NCBI GenBank assembly: GCA_041659465.1 | Contig: JBAZYD010000009.1 | Coordinates: 4,279 to 68,278, forward strand | Direction: 5' to 3' | Length of the DNA: 64,000 nucleotides | Source: Candidatus Micrarchaeia archaeon | Lineage (GTDB): Archaea; Micrarchaeota; Micrarchaeia; Anstonellales; Anstonellaceae | Shown here: positions 44,687 through 54,247 of the stretch, piece after piece | Layout of the letters: the number at the start of each line of letters is the position of its first letter | Numbering within the stretch: position 1 is the first letter of the stretch | The notes under the pieces: model-generated | Databases searched by the model: none | What the model saw: only the letters and a program-made list of their open reading frames with translations | What the model was told of the DNA's origin: nothing | Position numbers and translations under genes: made by a program

Positions 44687-45208
44687 ATGGACTTTTCTCG
44701 GAATAAAACCATGATGGGAGTGGTGGCAGTGCTGCTGCTTCTTTTCGTTGTTGCGATATTTTTCTACAACCGGACCCTAAACGACCTTGCCGCAAGCAGC
44801 TGCACAGAGGATGCCAGCATCTGCCCGCATGCAAAGGTGGTGGACACGCAGAACCTTGTGATTGGCGTGCTTGCGGTGGTGATTGCCATAATGGCGGGAT
44901 GGCTGATGTACAACGCTTATTTTGCAAAGCCAGCGCCATCTGACGCCGCGCCCGCAGCGCAGGCAGGGCAGGAAGCAAAGGCAGCACAGGGCAAGAAAAG
45001 GAAAATCGCCGCGGCAGAGCTTGATTCCGACGAAGCGCGCGTGGTCGCCTTCATCAATGAAGGGAACGGCTCGGTTTACCAGTCCGACATCCTGAAAAAG
45101 ACAGGCTTCTCAAAGGTGAAAGTCTCGCGCCTGCTTGACAGGCTGGAGCAGAAAGGCCTGCTTGAGAGGAAAAGGCGCGGGATGACGAATCTTGTGGTTG
45201 CAAAGTAA
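44687..45208 (+). CDS. Membrane-anchored winged-helix transcriptional regulator (putative metal-responsive)
   Basis: N-terminal TM, Cys pair SSCTEDASICPH, second TM, then C-terminal wHTH ..VYQSDILKKTGFSKVKVSRLLDRLEQKGLLERKRRGMTN. Confidence 0.7.
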   Translation: MDFSRNKTMMGVVAVLLLLFVVAIFFYNRTLNDLAASSCTEDASICPHAKVVDTQNLVIGVLAVVIAIMAGWLMYNAYFAKPAPSDAAPAAQAGQEAKAAQGKKRKIAAAELDSDEARVVAFINEGNGSVYQSDILKKTGFSKVKVSRLLDRLEQKGLLERKRRGMTNLVVAK

Positions 45209-45253
45209 ACTTCTTAGCATCCGAACCAGCTATCCGGAGACACGGTGGACATT

Positions 45254-45880
45254 TCAGCACCCGAACTCGCCGCCCAATGACGGGTCGCACGTGAAGGGGT
45301 TGATGGTCTGATTTGCTGAAAGGGTGCCGGGCGTGGTTCCGTTCACCACGTAGTCTGAGTAGTCGCGCGCGATTTCAAGCCAGCCAGCGGTGAGGTGCTT
45401 TGCATGGATTTTGTTTTCCGCAAGCGCGAGGCCCACGCTGCGCGAGAGCATGCAGTAGCTGCTGTAGCAGTAGTTGATTGCCGTTGCGTTCTTTGGAAGC
45501 TTGGAGTACGCTGCAAGAAGCTGCGCGGTGTCCATCTGCCCCGCAGGGATGTTCACCGCAGTCACCATGTGCCCTGCCGCATACTCGGAAGGAGTGCGGA
45601 GGTCGACCAAAATGCCTGGCTGCTTGCCTGTGCGAAGCTCGTACAAGTAGTCCGAAGGGCTAATGCTTACCGCGGTTTCCGCTGCATAGAAGTCAAGGAA
45701 AACGTCAGTTGCAGGGCTCGGTGCGGGCAGGCTCGCCGGAGGGGCCAGCAATGCAGATGCCGCCCCGAACGCGATGATGCCCACCATTGCGCCGATGAAG
45801 CCGCAGGCGAGGAATAGTTTTTGGCTTGGGTTCATGGAATCGTTATACCTTTTTGCAGTCAGCATCATAAACGTTTCCAT
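45254..45880 (-). CDS. Rhodanese-domain protein with N-terminal anchor
   Basis: ..ILVDLRTPSEYAAGHMVTAVNIP..AINYCYSSYCMLS is a rhodanese active-site-loop context. Confidence 0.65.
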   Translation of the reverse strand: METFMMLTAKRYNDSMNPSQKLFLACGFIGAMVGIIAFGAASALLAPPASLPAPSPATDVFLDFYAAETAVSISPSDYLYELRTGKQPGILVDLRTPSEYAAGHMVTAVNIPAGQMDTAQLLAAYSKLPKNATAINYCYSSYCMLSRSVGLALAENKIHAKHLTAGWLEIARDYSDYVVNGTTPGTLSANQTINPFTCDPSLGGEFGC

Positions 45881-45970
45881 TGCCGCCCTGCTGATGCACG
45901 CGTCTCTGGAAATATCAGTTGTAAGAAATAGTAGAATATGCCTATTTTATAAAATGTTCTGAACAGGTAA

Positions 45971-47134
45971 ATGCCCATGAAACCGTTCTTGCTTCAGCGC
46001 ACCCCAACCAGCCTTAAATGCCAGGTGGTTTGGAAAGGAAAATCGCCAATTGTCATTGAGAATAAGCCGGTGCAAATAGCAGCAGTCCCCTTGAATGGGA
46101 ACAGCAGGCAGTTAAGGGACGGGAAAATTTCCGGGGACGTGCTCAGGGATTGCATAATAGTGCATCCGCGCTACGTCGAAAAATACACCGAACATAAGAT
46201 ACTTGAAGTTCGCGGGCTGAGGCTGGGCCGCACTATAGACGTCTTGCTTGATGAGCCTTTTTCCATTGCAGGTGAGAACCACTGGGTGATGAATTTCAAA
46301 GGGGTGGGAGCTGATGCAGATGCCCCCATGGCCATACATCCGACCCAATGGTGGTGGATTAGCGGGTATGTGGCGGATCACTGGGCTCCCAGGGAAGATT
46401 GCGACAAGTTCGGCCGCAGGTGGGGGGTCGTTCAGGATAAGGAAGCCTGGTCGGAAATGAACGAGGACGTGATGCAGCCCCTAGGAATAGACATGGTAAT
46501 GCATGTGCAGGCGAACAAGATGCCGTGGAAAGTAATCAGGCAGATAGAGCAGGTGACAGGATTTGGAAATGAAGACCTCGAGCTTTCCCAGGTAGTGCGG
46601 TCATGCAAGACAAACATGCGCATGATATCGGCCTACGCGCTCGGGGCATTCAACAGGTATGGCGTAAACGCAGAGAGGATTGCAGAGATTGATGCAAAAA
46701 TACTGTCTGCCCAAATCCGGCTTGCGCAGCAGCAAAAAATGTTTGGCTCCAGCGGGGACATACTTTCCAACCGCTATGTAGATGGCACCTTGACCGATTC
46801 TGAGAATTTTGCCTTGCGGAAATTTGAGATATACAACTGCATGAAATTCATTGCACTAGTGATACATTCAAGCATATCGGTGCTGGAGGAGACGGCAATA
46901 CCTTGGTATCTCGAAACCCTTGCCAAAAAGACAGGGATTCCATTCGACAAAAAGCCGCCGGTCGAATATTATTTCAATTATCCTGGGAAAACCCCAATGT
47001 GGCTATCATCCTATGAAACGCCACGCGTGCCAGTAATTGTTGAGAAAAGCGAGAGGCTCGTAGAACGCACTTGCAGGGATATGATGAAGAGGTTCGGCGA
47101 GGCGTTCGAGGAGTGGGTTGGCGGGCGGATCTGA
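45971..47134 (+). CDS. Hypothetical protein (387 aa)
   Basis: Long ORF in a visibly A+T-richer stretch. No recognised motifs. Confidence 0.55.
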   Translation: MPMKPFLLQRTPTSLKCQVVWKGKSPIVIENKPVQIAAVPLNGNSRQLRDGKISGDVLRDCIIVHPRYVEKYTEHKILEVRGLRLGRTIDVLLDEPFSIAGENHWVMNFKGVGADADAPMAIHPTQWWWISGYVADHWAPREDCDKFGRRWGVVQDKEAWSEMNEDVMQPLGIDMVMHVQANKMPWKVIRQIEQVTGFGNEDLELSQVVRSCKTNMRMISAYALGAFNRYGVNAERIAEIDAKILSAQIRLAQQQKMFGSSGDILSNRYVDGTLTDSENFALRKFEIYNCMKFIALVIHSSISVLEETAIPWYLETLAKKTGIPFDKKPPVEYYFNYPGKTPMWLSSYETPRVPVIVEKSERLVERTCRDMMKRFGEAFEEWVGGRI

Positions 47135-47144
47135 TTGCATTCCA

Positions 47145-49046
47145 TCAGACTTTCTTGTAATCCGCGTCGTAGACATTCCCATTCCCGCCTGGGTCGCCTG
47201 AGCCTGCGCCTCCTTGCGGCCCGTAGCCCGTGGGCCCGTCATCGCCTGGCGCGCCTGCGCCGCCCTGTCCGGGGCCGCCCGTTCCCTGACCGCCTGCGCC
47301 CTGCCCCTTGTACATCGAGGCGCCTGCGTCCTGGAGCACTTTCTTGAGCTTGTCAACTGCGAGCTTGAGCGCCGCCATGTCGTTCTTGGGAAGGGTGTCC
47401 TTCACTTCCTTTGCAGCCTCGCGCACCTTGTCGGCAAGGGACTTGTCAAGCTTGTCGCCCAAGTCAGCAAGCGTTTTTTCGCTTGTGTAGACCAGGGACT
47501 CAGCCTCGTTTTTCAGCTCGGCTTCCTCTTTCAGGCGCTTGTCGGTCTCTGCAAATTCATCCGCCTCGCGCATTTTCTTTTCAATCTCGGACTTGTCCAT
47601 CTTGTGGGGAGCCATGATTTGCATTTTCTGCTCCTTGCCAGTGCCCATGTCCTTTGCGGTCACGTGGATGAGGCCGTTGGCGTCGATGTCGAACGACACC
47701 TCTATCTGCGGGATGCCGCGAGGCGCAGGGGGGATGCCCATCAGCTGGAATTTTCCGAGCTCCACATTGTCCCTCGCCATTGCGCGCTCGCCCTGGAGCA
47801 CGTGTATTTCCACCGAGGTCTGCGAGTCGGCGTCCGTTGAGAATATCTGCGACTTCTTGGTGGGGATGGTGGTGTTCCTTTCAACGAGCTTGGTGAAGAC
47901 GTTGCCCCTGGTTTCGATGCCAAGCGAAAGGGGCGTGACGTCAAGCAGCAATATGTCCTTCACGTCGCCGGAGATGACGCCCGCCTGTATGGCTGCGCCC
48001 ATTGCCACGCATTCCATGGGGTCCACGCCGCGCTCCACCTTCTTTCCGAAGATGCCTTCCACGAACCTCTGCACGATTGGCATGCGGGTGGGGCCGCCCA
48101 CCATTATCAATTTGTCAATCTGGGAGGGAGAAAGCTTGGAGTCTGATAATGCGCGCTGCACAGGCACCTTGCACCTGTTCACTATGGGCTCCACTATCTC
48201 CTCAAGCTTTGCCCTCGTGAGCTTGTATGTGAAATGCTTTGGGCCTGTCTTGTCCGCTGAGAGGAAAGGCAGGTTGATGTCGCTTTCAAGCAATGTGGAA
48301 AGCTCTATCTTTGCCTTTTCGCCTGCATCGCGAAGCCGCTGCATTGCCTGCTTGTCAGTTTGGACATCCAGGCCTGTTTCGCGCAGGAACACGCCTGCGA
48401 GATGGTCCACAATTGCGTTGTCCATGTCGGTGCCGCCTAGCGCAGTGTCGCCTGAAGTGCTTTTCACCTCGAAAACGCCCTTGCCGAAGTCCATTATGGT
48501 GACATCAAGCGTGCCGCCGCCCAAATCGAAAACGACTATCTTTTGGTCCTTTCCCGCCTTGTCAAGCCCGTATGCAAGCGCTGCCGCAGTGGGCTCGTTT
48601 ATGATGCGGACGACCTCAAGCCCTGCGATTGCGCCGGCATCCTTTGTCGCCTGGCGCTGGTTGTCGTCAAAGTATGCAGGCACGGTGATTACCGCCTTTT
48701 CCACCTTGTCGCCAAGGAACATTTCAGCGTCCTGCTTTATTTTCTGGAGAAGGAAAGCTGAAAGCTCCTGCGGGCGGTACTCCTTGCCGAATGCCTTGTA
48801 GCGGAAGTCCGTGCCCATCTTGCGCTTGAATGCGGAGAACGTGCCGTCGGTGTTGGCTATTGCCTGCCTGCGCGCAGGTTCGCCAACGAGCTTGAGCCCT
48901 TCCTTTGTGAATGCCACGTAGGAAGGGAATGCCTTGCCGTACTGCGTCGCGCCTTCGGCTGACGGGAGTATGGCTGCCTTGCCGCCTTCCATCACTGCCG
49001 CTGCAGAGTTGCTTGTTCCCAAATCTATTCCGATTATTTTTGCCAT
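47145..49046 (-). CDS. dnaK: Chaperone DnaK (Hsp70)
   Basis: [36 protein letters not shown] before ATG 49046. Confidence 0.96.
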   Translation of the reverse strand: MAKIIGIDLGTSNSAAAVMEGGKAAILPSAEGATQYGKAFPSYVAFTKEGLKLVGEPARRQAIANTDGTFSAFKRKMGTDFRYKAFGKEYRPQELSAFLLQKIKQDAEMFLGDKVEKAVITVPAYFDDNQRQATKDAGAIAGLEVVRIINEPTAAALAYGLDKAGKDQKIVVFDLGGGTLDVTIMDFGKGVFEVKSTSGDTALGGTDMDNAIVDHLAGVFLRETGLDVQTDKQAMQRLRDAGEKAKIELSTLLESDINLPFLSADKTGPKHFTYKLTRAKLEEIVEPIVNRCKVPVQRALSDSKLSPSQIDKLIMVGGPTRMPIVQRFVEGIFGKKVERGVDPMECVAMGAAIQAGVISGDVKDILLLDVTPLSLGIETRGNVFTKLVERNTTIPTKKSQIFSTDADSQTSVEIHVLQGERAMARDNVELGKFQLMGIPPAPRGIPQIEVSFDIDANGLIHVTAKDMGTGKEQKMQIMAPHKMDKSEIEKKMREADEFAETDKRLKEEAELKNEAESLVYTSEKTLADLGDKLDKSLADKVREAAKEVKDTLPKNDMAALKLAVDKLKKVLQDAGASMYKGQGAGGQGTGGPGQGGAGAPGDDGPTGYGPQGGAGSGDPGGNGNVYDADYKKV

Positions 49047-49086
49047 TTGTCTCACCTTTTTAGTTTGCCAATATCAATTTGTTTCG

Positions 49087-49422
49087 TCAGTATACGTTGA
49101 GCGTAGAAAGCACCACGCATTCATTCTGCCCGGATTTGCTGCTGAAGCACACCGCTGTGCCTTCATCCCCATCTGCGGTTTTCGCCGAGGATATGCCGCT
49201 TATCTGGTAGCCGGACGAGACAAGGAAATTGCCGAATGCCTCGATTGCCGCAGAGCTTGCAACCGCCTTTTCATTGTAATCCACGCGGAAGTACCCGTCG
49301 CGCTCCGTGACGAACGAGAGCGCGTGCGTGCGCGCGTTCATGTATTCGTTGAAGTGCGGCAGTATATTGTCAGCGACCGCTGTCTGGTCGGCAACAAGGT
49401 GCACAATTGCGTATCCGTTCAT
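49087..49422 (-). CDS. Hypothetical 111-aa protein between grpE and dnaK
   Basis: Its ATG overlaps the grpE stop (ATGA). No recognised family. Confidence 0.55.
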   Translation of the reverse strand: MNGYAIVHLVADQTAVADNILPHFNEYMNARTHALSFVTERDGYFRVDYNEKAVASSAAIEAFGNFLVSSGYQISGISSAKTADGDEGTAVCFSSKSGQNECVVLSTLNVY

Positions 49423-50048
49423 GCTCCCACCTCTTTCTCATCGGTTTTTTTCACTGGTTCGCCTTTCTTCCCGGATGAAACTGAAACCATCGCGTGCTGC
49501 AGAACTTCACCCCTGAAAAAGTACCCCTGCCTTATCACGCGCACAATCGCGCCTTCCGGCGCGCTTGAGTCCTCGCGCAGCGCGACCTCGTGCCTGAAAG
49601 GGTCGTACTTTTCGCCTTCAAGCTTCATTGGCTGCAGGCCCTCGTTCTCGAATGACGCGCGGAGCTTGGCAAGCACCATCAGGGTGCCTGCGCGCGCCTG
49701 CCCTTCGGGCAGCTTGCCGACTTCCTTTTCCGCGAAGCCAATTTCCTCGTAGATGGGAAGCAGGCGCAGCATCACCTTTGCCTCAGAATGGAGGCAGAGC
49801 GCCTCCTTTTCCTTTGCAGTCCTTTTCTTGTAATTGTCAAACTCGGCGGTCAGGCGCAGCAGCCGATCAGTTAGCTCGGAGAATTCCGCCTCGAGCGCAT
49901 CCTGCGCCTGCTCGGGCGCGGACGGCCCAGTTGCCGCCTCTTCAATGGGCAGCTTCTTATCCGCCTCCACGCGCTTTTGCGTTGCGTCGGCCTTCGCCCC
50001 GGCAGGTTTTGCAGCCGGCTCGGTGTTGGGGTTGCTGTTTTTTTCCAT
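49419..50048 (-). CDS. grpE: Nucleotide exchange factor GrpE
   Basis: ..LTDRLLRLTAEFDNYKKRTAKE.., ..G..P....GE.YDP..HEV is GrpE. Start trimmed to ATG 50048. Confidence 0.88.
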   Translation of the reverse strand: MEKNSNPNTEPAAKPAGAKADATQKRVEADKKLPIEEAATGPSAPEQAQDALEAEFSELTDRLLRLTAEFDNYKKRTAKEKEALCLHSEAKVMLRLLPIYEEIGFAEKEVGKLPEGQARAGTLMVLAKLRASFENEGLQPMKLEGEKYDPFRHEVALREDSSAPEGAIVRVIRQGYFFRGEVLQHAMVSVSSGKKGEPVKKTDEKEVGA

Positions 50049-50059
50049 AAGAACCACGA

Positions 50060-50500
50060 TTAGGGCAGCCTTCTGCGGCGCTTGAACTGCTCGTCGAACT
50101 CGCGCTCCATCTGCGCAAACTGCTCGTCGAATTCGCGCGCCATCTCGTCCATTTCCGCAAAATTCCGCTCCATTTCCTTGCGGAACTCCAGTATCATGTC
50201 CTCGGCGGAGCGCACGCGCAGTATGTACTTGCCTTCCTCGCGCCTCACAAAGCCTGCGCCCTCGAGGCGCTTCATGTGATGTATTATAGTGATGCGGTTT
50301 ATGCCGGAAAGCTCGGACAGCTCCGAGCCGCCGACCGGCTGGCCGCGCGAGTGCACCATCATGACGCGCAGCACCTGGGGCAGCGTGGCGTCGGTGTCGC
50401 GCTCGCTCATCAGGCGCATCTTCCTGCAAAGCTCGACAAGCTCCCCTTCCTGGCCGGCTTCCTTCTTCGCCGTCATCAATTCTGTTTTTGGTTTGGGCAT
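50060..50500 (-). CDS. Winged-helix regulator heading the grpE-dnaK operon (putative heat-shock regulator)
   Basis: ..GGSELSELSGINRITIIHHMKRLEGAGFVRRE is wHTH. The C-terminal acidic helix carries the tandem AREFDEQFAQ/EREFDEQFKR. Confidence 0.7.
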   Translation of the reverse strand: MPKPKTELMTAKKEAGQEGELVELCRKMRLMSERDTDATLPQVLRVMMVHSRGQPVGGSELSELSGINRITIIHHMKRLEGAGFVRREEGKYILRVRSAEDMILEFRKEMERNFAEMDEMAREFDEQFAQMEREFDEQFKRRRRLP

Positions 50501-50545
50501 TTTTGCTCACCGTCTCAACTGTTAACTTGTTATGAACAAAGGTTA

Positions 50546-50569
50546 ATAAATGTTAATATGATGTTAACA
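50546..50569 (-). promoter_or_regulatory. Candidate heat-shock operator/promoter element (copy at the wHTH-grpE-dnaK operon)
   Basis: Plus strand ataaatgttaatatgatgttaaca. It lies 46-69 nt upstream of ATG 50500. Extra GTTAAC/GTTAAT copies occur at 50521-50547. Confidence 0.6.
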
Positions 50570-50644
50570 CTGTCAAGCATATGTTGACACAGGCACGCAA
50601 GCGCGGCTAAGCTATGGCAAACCAGCAGAGAGCTGGTTTGCTAG

Positions 50645-50733
50645 ATAGCAGTCGATGTGCATTTTGCTGATGCAAAATGCATCAGACATTTTCGCTACGG
50701 CGAAAATGCCGAGCATCTCTGCGAGACTGCTAT
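50645..50733. repeat. Multi-hairpin structured element, same family as the tRNA-Arg-linked units
   Basis: ATAGCAGTC-GATG-[TGCATTTTGC/tgat/GCAAAATGCA]-TCAGAC-[ATTTTCGC/tacg/GCGAAAAT]-..-AGA.. closing with GACTGCTAT. Preceded by a perfect 10-bp hairpin at 50617-50641. Confidence 0.75.
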
Positions 50734-50757
50734 ATGTATAAAAAGGGGAGGGCTGAA

Positions 50758-51336
50758 ATGCCAAACATGCGCGGAAATATTGCCCTTATAGCATTAGTCT
50801 CGCTTGCGCTGCTGTTCGGCTGCACCGGAAGCAGCGTGCCGCAGGAAAAGTACGACGAGCTTGCAGCCTCGTGCAGCAAGGCGAAGGCGGACGATGCGTC
50901 ATTGCTTGCATCGGAGATTGCAAAGACCAGCGCGGCAAATGCGAAGGTTTCCTCCTGCACTGCGGAAAAGCAGTCGCTTGAGTCGCTCCTGGCCGTGAGG
51001 GAGCAGGAGAACGGTGCGCTGCGCGCAGAGGAGGCGGTGCTTGCAAAAGCAAGGGCGAAGATGGACCTTGCCGTGCAGTACAACGCGACAATAGGCTATT
51101 ACATGGAGGCATTCGGGCCGGGAAGATTGCCCAACACCGCGCGGCTCAAGAAGATAGACACGCAGGTGGATTCGCTCAATGACAGCGCGCTCCGGCCGCT
51201 TTGGCTCGGAGTGAAGGGCTGCCAGGGGATTACCGGCTGCGACACTGCGAAGGCAAAGTTCCTTGCGTATATCGACGGCAGGATGGCGGCGCTTCGGCTC
51301 GAGGCGGCCGCCATTGTGGGGACAACCCCGGGCTAG
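50758..51336 (+). CDS. Putative lipoprotein (coiled-coil rich)
   Basis: GGAGG RBS. N-terminus MPNMRGNIALIALVSLALLFGCTGS is lipobox-like. Confidence 0.65.
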   Translation: MPNMRGNIALIALVSLALLFGCTGSSVPQEKYDELAASCSKAKADDASLLASEIAKTSAANAKVSSCTAEKQSLESLLAVREQENGALRAEEAVLAKARAKMDLAVQYNATIGYYMEAFGPGRLPNTARLKKIDTQVDSLNDSALRPLWLGVKGCQGITGCDTAKAKFLAYIDGRMAALRLEAAAIVGTTPG

Positions 51337-51356
51337 CAAAGGCACGGGCAGGCAAT

Positions 51357-51505
51357 GAAAAATTTCCAGAGAAATTTTTCAGCTATTGGAAATTGCGCAA
51401 GCAATTTACAATACAAGGACAAATTTCCAGAGAAATTTGTCCGCATATGGAAATCCGATAGGATTTACATATACAAAAAAAAGCCCGCGCGCAACACGCG
51501 GGCTT
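51357..51505. repeat. Array of five tandem hairpins/palindromes upstream of lon
   Basis: Five hairpins. 51357-51380 GAAAAATTTC-caga-GAAATTTTTC. 51390-51407 AAATTGC-gcaa-GCAATTT. 51417-51442 GGACAAATTTC-caga-GAAATTTGTCC. 51451-51466 AAATCC-gata-GGATTT. 51481-51505 AAGCCCGCG-cgcaaca-CGCGGGCTT. Confidence 0.8.
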
Positions 51506-51511
51506 GCAACG

Positions 51512-53560
51512 ATGGTGAACAACATGCGCAAATTCACAACCACCGAGGAAATCCCTATCCCTGCAAAGCTCATAGACCAGGTGCTGGGGCAGGACGAGGC
51601 GGTCAAGCTTGTCAAGAAGGCTGCAGTGCAGAAAAGGAACGTGCTCATGATAGGCACGCCAGGCACGGGGAAATCCATGCTTGCGCAGGCAATGGCCGAG
51701 CTCATGCCGGCCACCTCGCTTGAGGATATCCTGGTTTACCCGAACCCTAATGACGAGAACCGCCCCATCGTGAAGGCAGTGAAGACATACCCGAGCGAGG
51801 ACGAGATAAAGAAGGACCCCGGGCTTTTCCAGATGTATAGCTCGTTCCGCCAGATGAGGCGGGCGTTCGCGCAACTGTCAGGTGCAGCCGCCAAGTCAAC
51901 CAAGAAGGAAAGGGAGGAGGAGGAACTTGGGCAGGGCAGGATGCTCCAGCAGGCAATGAAGAACCGCGACAATGCCGCGCAGGCAAGGGGAGGCAATGGC
52001 GGGATGATGTTCCTTTTCATCATGATTGCCGCGATAATATTTTTCTATGCCACAGGCGCGCTGAACAACGACAACAAGTGGTTCGTGCTTGCGGTGCTTG
52101 TGGCGATAGGCATGATGTACCTGCTTTACCGCTTCACCAATACGTTCGGCAGGCGCATGGGGGTGGGCATGTTCGACTACAACGACCCCAAGCTCATCGT
52201 GGACAATTCCGGGAAGAAGAACGCGCCGTTCGTGGACGCCACCGGCACAAGGGCAGGGGCGCTTTTGGGCGACGTGAAGCACGACCCGCTGCAATCCGGC
52301 GGGATGGGCACGCCAGCGCACCTGCGCGTGGAGAGCGGCGCGGTGCACCGCGCGAACAAGGGGGTGCTTTTCATAGACGAGGTCGCATCGCTCAAGATTC
52401 GGAGCCAGCAGGAGCTCCTCACCGCGATGCAGGAGAAGAAGTATTCCATCACCGGCCAGAGCGAGAACTCGTCCGGGGCGATTGTGAAGACAGAGCCCGT
52501 GCCATGCGACTTTGTCCTGGTGGCGGCAGGCAATTACATGGACATGCAGGGGATGCACCCGGCGCTGCGCTCGAGGATTCGGGGCAACGGCTATGAGGTT
52601 TACGTCCAGGACAGCATGCCCGACACGCCCGAGAACGAGGACAGGTATGTCCAGTTCGTGGCGCAGGAAGTGAGGAAGGACGGGAAAATCCCGCACTTCA
52701 CCCATGCTGCTGTCCAGGAGATAGTGGACGAGGCGCGGAGGAAGGCAGGGAGGAAGAAAAGGCTTTCCTTGAACCTGCGCGAGCTTGGCGGCCTTGTGAG
52801 GGCGGCAGGCGACATTGCCAACGAGGAAAAGGCTGTGCTAGTGGACGAGAAGCACGTGATGACAGCGCGCGGGCTTGCCCAGACAATAGAGCAGCAAGTG
52901 AGCAGACGCTTCGTGGAAAGCAGGAAGGATTACCCTGTGTTCGGCACCGAAGGCTCAAGCGTGGGCAAGGTGAACGGCCTGGCAGTGCTTGGCGATTCCA
53001 TGGCAGGCCTTATCATGCCCATTGTGGCTGAAGTCACGCCTGCGTCCTCGAAAGCAGAGGGCAAGCTGATTGCAACTGGGAAGCTTGGCAAGATTGCAAA
53101 GGAGGCCGTGGAGAACGTCTCGGCGATAATCAAGAAGCATATCGGCAAGGACGTTTCGCAATACGACATGCACGTGCAGTTCCTGCAGACCTACGAAGGC
53201 GTGGAGGGGGACTCTGCTTCCATTTCCATTGCGGTTGCCATCATTTCCGCAATGGAAGGCGTGCCTGTGAGGCAGGACATTGCGATGACAGGCTCCCTTT
53301 CAGTGCGCGGCGAGGTGCTGCCAGTGGGCGGCGTGACAGGGAAAACCGAGGCTGCAATCGAGGCAGGCCTTAAGGCGGTCGTGGTGCCGCGCAGCAACGA
53401 GGACGACATATACCTTTCCAGGGGCCTGCGCGGGAAGATAAAGATAGTGCCCGTTGACAACTTCGTGGACGTGCTCCAGTACGCGCTTGTGGATTCGCAG
53501 AAAAAGCGCGCGCTCATACGGAAGATGGCGGGCATACTGCACTTCAAGAAAAAGCGATAG
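51512..53560 (+). CDS. lon: Archaeal membrane-bound Lon protease (LonB)
   Basis: Walker [11 protein letters not shown] insertion ([30 protein letters not shown]) within the AAA+ module, C-terminal protease domain (..[15 protein letters not shown]..). Confidence 0.92.
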   Translation: MVNNMRKFTTTEEIPIPAKLIDQVLGQDEAVKLVKKAAVQKRNVLMIGTPGTGKSMLAQAMAELMPATSLEDILVYPNPNDENRPIVKAVKTYPSEDEIKKDPGLFQMYSSFRQMRRAFAQLSGAAAKSTKKEREEEELGQGRMLQQAMKNRDNAAQARGGNGGMMFLFIMIAAIIFFYATGALNNDNKWFVLAVLVAIGMMYLLYRFTNTFGRRMGVGMFDYNDPKLIVDNSGKKNAPFVDATGTRAGALLGDVKHDPLQSGGMGTPAHLRVESGAVHRANKGVLFIDEVASLKIRSQQELLTAMQEKKYSITGQSENSSGAIVKTEPVPCDFVLVAAGNYMDMQGMHPALRSRIRGNGYEVYVQDSMPDTPENEDRYVQFVAQEVRKDGKIPHFTHAAVQEIVDEARRKAGRKKRLSLNLRELGGLVRAAGDIANEEKAVLVDEKHVMTARGLAQTIEQQVSRRFVESRKDYPVFGTEGSSVGKVNGLAVLGDSMAGLIMPIVAEVTPASSKAEGKLIATGKLGKIAKEAVENVSAIIKKHIGKDVSQYDMHVQFLQTYEGVEGDSASISIAVAIISAMEGVPVRQDIAMTGSLSVRGEVLPVGGVTGKTEAAIEAGLKAVVVPRSNEDDIYLSRGLRGKIKIVPVDNFVDVLQYALVDSQKKRALIRKMAGILHFKKKR

Positions 53561-53587
53561 GGCAAAAGGAAAAGATAGGCCCGGGAA

Positions 53588-54172
53588 TCAGCGCGCAAGC
53601 GCGATGAAAAGCGTGGTTTCCTCGCCCGTCTCCTTGCCCTTGGATTTGCTTTTTAGCGGAAGCTCGGCGGAAATGACCTCCATTGATTTTCCATGCTTTT
53701 CCTCGAGGCTTGCCATGTCATTCTTTACGACGATGTCAAGCATGGCCTTGGTTTGGCAGACCCACAGGTAAGCGTCAGGGTCTTTGATGGACTTGAACTG
53801 CGCGGACGTGGCGCTTATCTTCTCGTGCTGGCCTGAGAGGCTGCGCACTATCCTTCTCACGCCCATGCGATATGAAACGTTTTGGTCCGCGCATAGCATG
53901 GACAGGTAGAGGGCATCGCCCTTGACAAAGCCGCGCATCGGCGCGCTTGCTGCCCTTGAGAGCCCGCTTGCGTAAAAATTCTCGAAATTGGCGCGCAGGG
54001 CGAACAGGACATTTTTCCTGATGAGAAGGAGCCTTGATGCTGGCTGTGCCAGCTCGCTGGACGGTAGCAGGTCCGCGCGCGCAAGCGCGGCAGGCGACGT
54101 ATCCGCTATCAGCTGCTTGGCAGGGGGCGCAGCATCCCTTTTGAATGGGTTAAGGAACAGCTCTTTTGACAT
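53588..54172 (-). CDS. Hypothetical protein
   Basis: 194-aa ORF. No family recognised. Confidence 0.5.
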   Translation of the reverse strand: MSKELFLNPFKRDAAPPAKQLIADTSPAALARADLLPSSELAQPASRLLLIRKNVLFALRANFENFYASGLSRAASAPMRGFVKGDALYLSMLCADQNVSYRMGVRRIVRSLSGQHEKISATSAQFKSIKDPDAYLWVCQTKAMLDIVVKNDMASLEEKHGKSMEVISAELPLKSKSKGKETGEETTLFIALAR

Positions 54173-54247
54173 GATGATTGATTGATTACCATTAATTTAA
54201 TAAGCCATCGATGCATTAAATGGAATGCAGAGCAGACAGGTGATCGC

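Noticed and set aside
51481-51505. GC-rich hairpin flanked by an A8 run as a rho-independent-style terminator.
   Set aside because: The T-tract would be on the minus strand, where no gene ends. On the plus strand the hairpin lies in the lon promoter/leader. It was kept as part of the hairpin array.
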